NCBI GenBank assembly: GCA_977017645.1
Contig: OZ360222.1
Span: 120,652,001 to 120,716,000, forward strand
Direction of reading: 5' to 3'
Length of the DNA: 64,000 bases
From: Torpedo marmorata
Taxonomy: Eukaryota
Made by a program: the position numbers and the translations under genes. Below, piece after piece: positions 62,725-64,000 of the stretch. The notes beneath the pieces were generated by a model that was not told where the DNA came from, did not search any database, and saw nothing but the letters and a program-made list of their open reading frames with translations. Position 1 is the first letter of the stretch; every line of letters starts with the position of its first letter.

Positions 62725-63850
62725 ACGCTGGATCATAGTTTTATTTTATGAACATTTTAAATTACATTTTATCTTTCTCAAAATTAAAACTAATCAGTCA
62801 ATCAGATGATTTATTGGTCAGCAGTTCGTTCTAGCGTGTTCTAATAATACCAATAATACAATACTGTTGTATATTTATTTATATTGAAGTCATTTAAGGA
62901 TGTTTATATTTTAAAAATCTGTAAATATCAGGTGGAAGGATTTGCAGATTATTTTTCTTTGCCTGTGCTGGGTTGTAAAAATTATTTTGTTTGCTCATCT
63001 GGCATTGACCTTAAAACATTGGAAATTTGGATGTTCAGATTTTGTTTCACACTGAAATCCTGGTGAATCTTTCAATGTTATGTTTGCTTTATTACTGATT
63101 CAGAAACCTTTCAGGGTATCTCAAAGCCCCTTTGATAATACATTGACTACTTCTACTGTGTGTACCCTGTTTTCATCAAGCTACTGGTCTGCTTGGTATC
63201 TCTCTCGCTCAAATGGAACAGAGGTAGATACTATTGAAGCCACTTCCAAGATCAGAATTTCTGAACAATGTTGGAAGTGGCTGAGCACATTTGAGAATAA
63301 GATGCTATAATTCGCAACCCTGAACACATTTGGGGAATGAGGTACCAAGATTTGGTCTGGTTATTTGTTTTATTTTGCCACTAATACATATTTTATTGAG
63401 GATTTGCACAGTGTAAAGATATAGTGGACATAATCATAGTTTGCAGTGATTTGGGCTGTATGTACAGTAATAACTATGGATTGTAAATGGTGAAATTCCT
63501 ATGGAAAAAAAACAATGATTCAGTAAAGAACCTGAAATAGGTTGATGTGCATGCCCAGGTTCTTTTATAACTGTAGTATGTATATTTACTTTTAGAATAC
63601 AGAAAAATAAAAGATGATTTGAAACAATTCTGTCCTAAGATTTTCATTGAAACAGAAGTACCATTCCAATTTTGTGAACATATTCCAAATAAACATCCCT
63701 GTTGAAAGGGCAGAAATTTTAATCAAATGGGAATTTGTATACCGTAATTATCCATTGTTCAAACATTGCCATATTTTTAGAATCTCCTGGGCCTTTTAGA
63801 CATGGATGTCTTAAGAAATTAAATAAAGGATTTATCTGTTATTGCAAATC
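62725..63850 (+). other. AFTPH: AFTPH 3'UTR with candidate polyadenylation signals
   Basis: AT-rich, with no recognisable TE; AATAAA at 63606, 63688 and 63822. The true end is unknown. Confidence 0.6.
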
Positions 63851-64000
63851 ATGTACTTGGATGTAAACACAACAATTTGGCTTGGACCATATAATGGTGC
63901 AAGTAATTTTGATTGCTTGATGTGAATTTTTTTCTAATTCAGATTAGAATGATAGGGCTTGCCATTTTACTGCTGGTAAACCTTGAAATTATGATTTGTT

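Overview
This is eukaryotic, vertebrate DNA, most likely from a cartilaginous fish (shark or ray). That placement is an inference from the HE1/V-SINE copies, the CR1 load and the AT-rich fish-type L1s. The only host gene is the 3' part of aftiphilin (AFTPH) on the + strand: seven GT-AG coding exons between 19025 and 62724 that splice in frame, followed by a 3'UTR. The rest is intron packed with nested transposons: a full-length L1 carrying three insertions, other L1s, CR1 and Rex1/Babar LINEs, a near-intact DD35D pogo transposon and its MITE, Tigger-like MITEs, a full-length Mag-type Gypsy element with identical LTRs, Gypsy derivatives, solo LTRs, V-SINEs and Penelope remnants. The most notable observations are (1) a decayed AFTPH cassette exon at 39824-39906 that matches the clathrin-box exon as I recall it from human AFTPH, (2) class III (ERV-L-like) retroviral RT fragments behind a pogo-like terminus at about 59.1-60.1 kb, (3) MITEs that carry modules from other repeat families, and (4) a Gypsy with identical LTRs but a multiply broken pol. 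I see no prokaryotic-type system such as CRISPR or an operon. All homology calls come from motif recognition and memory, not from database searches.
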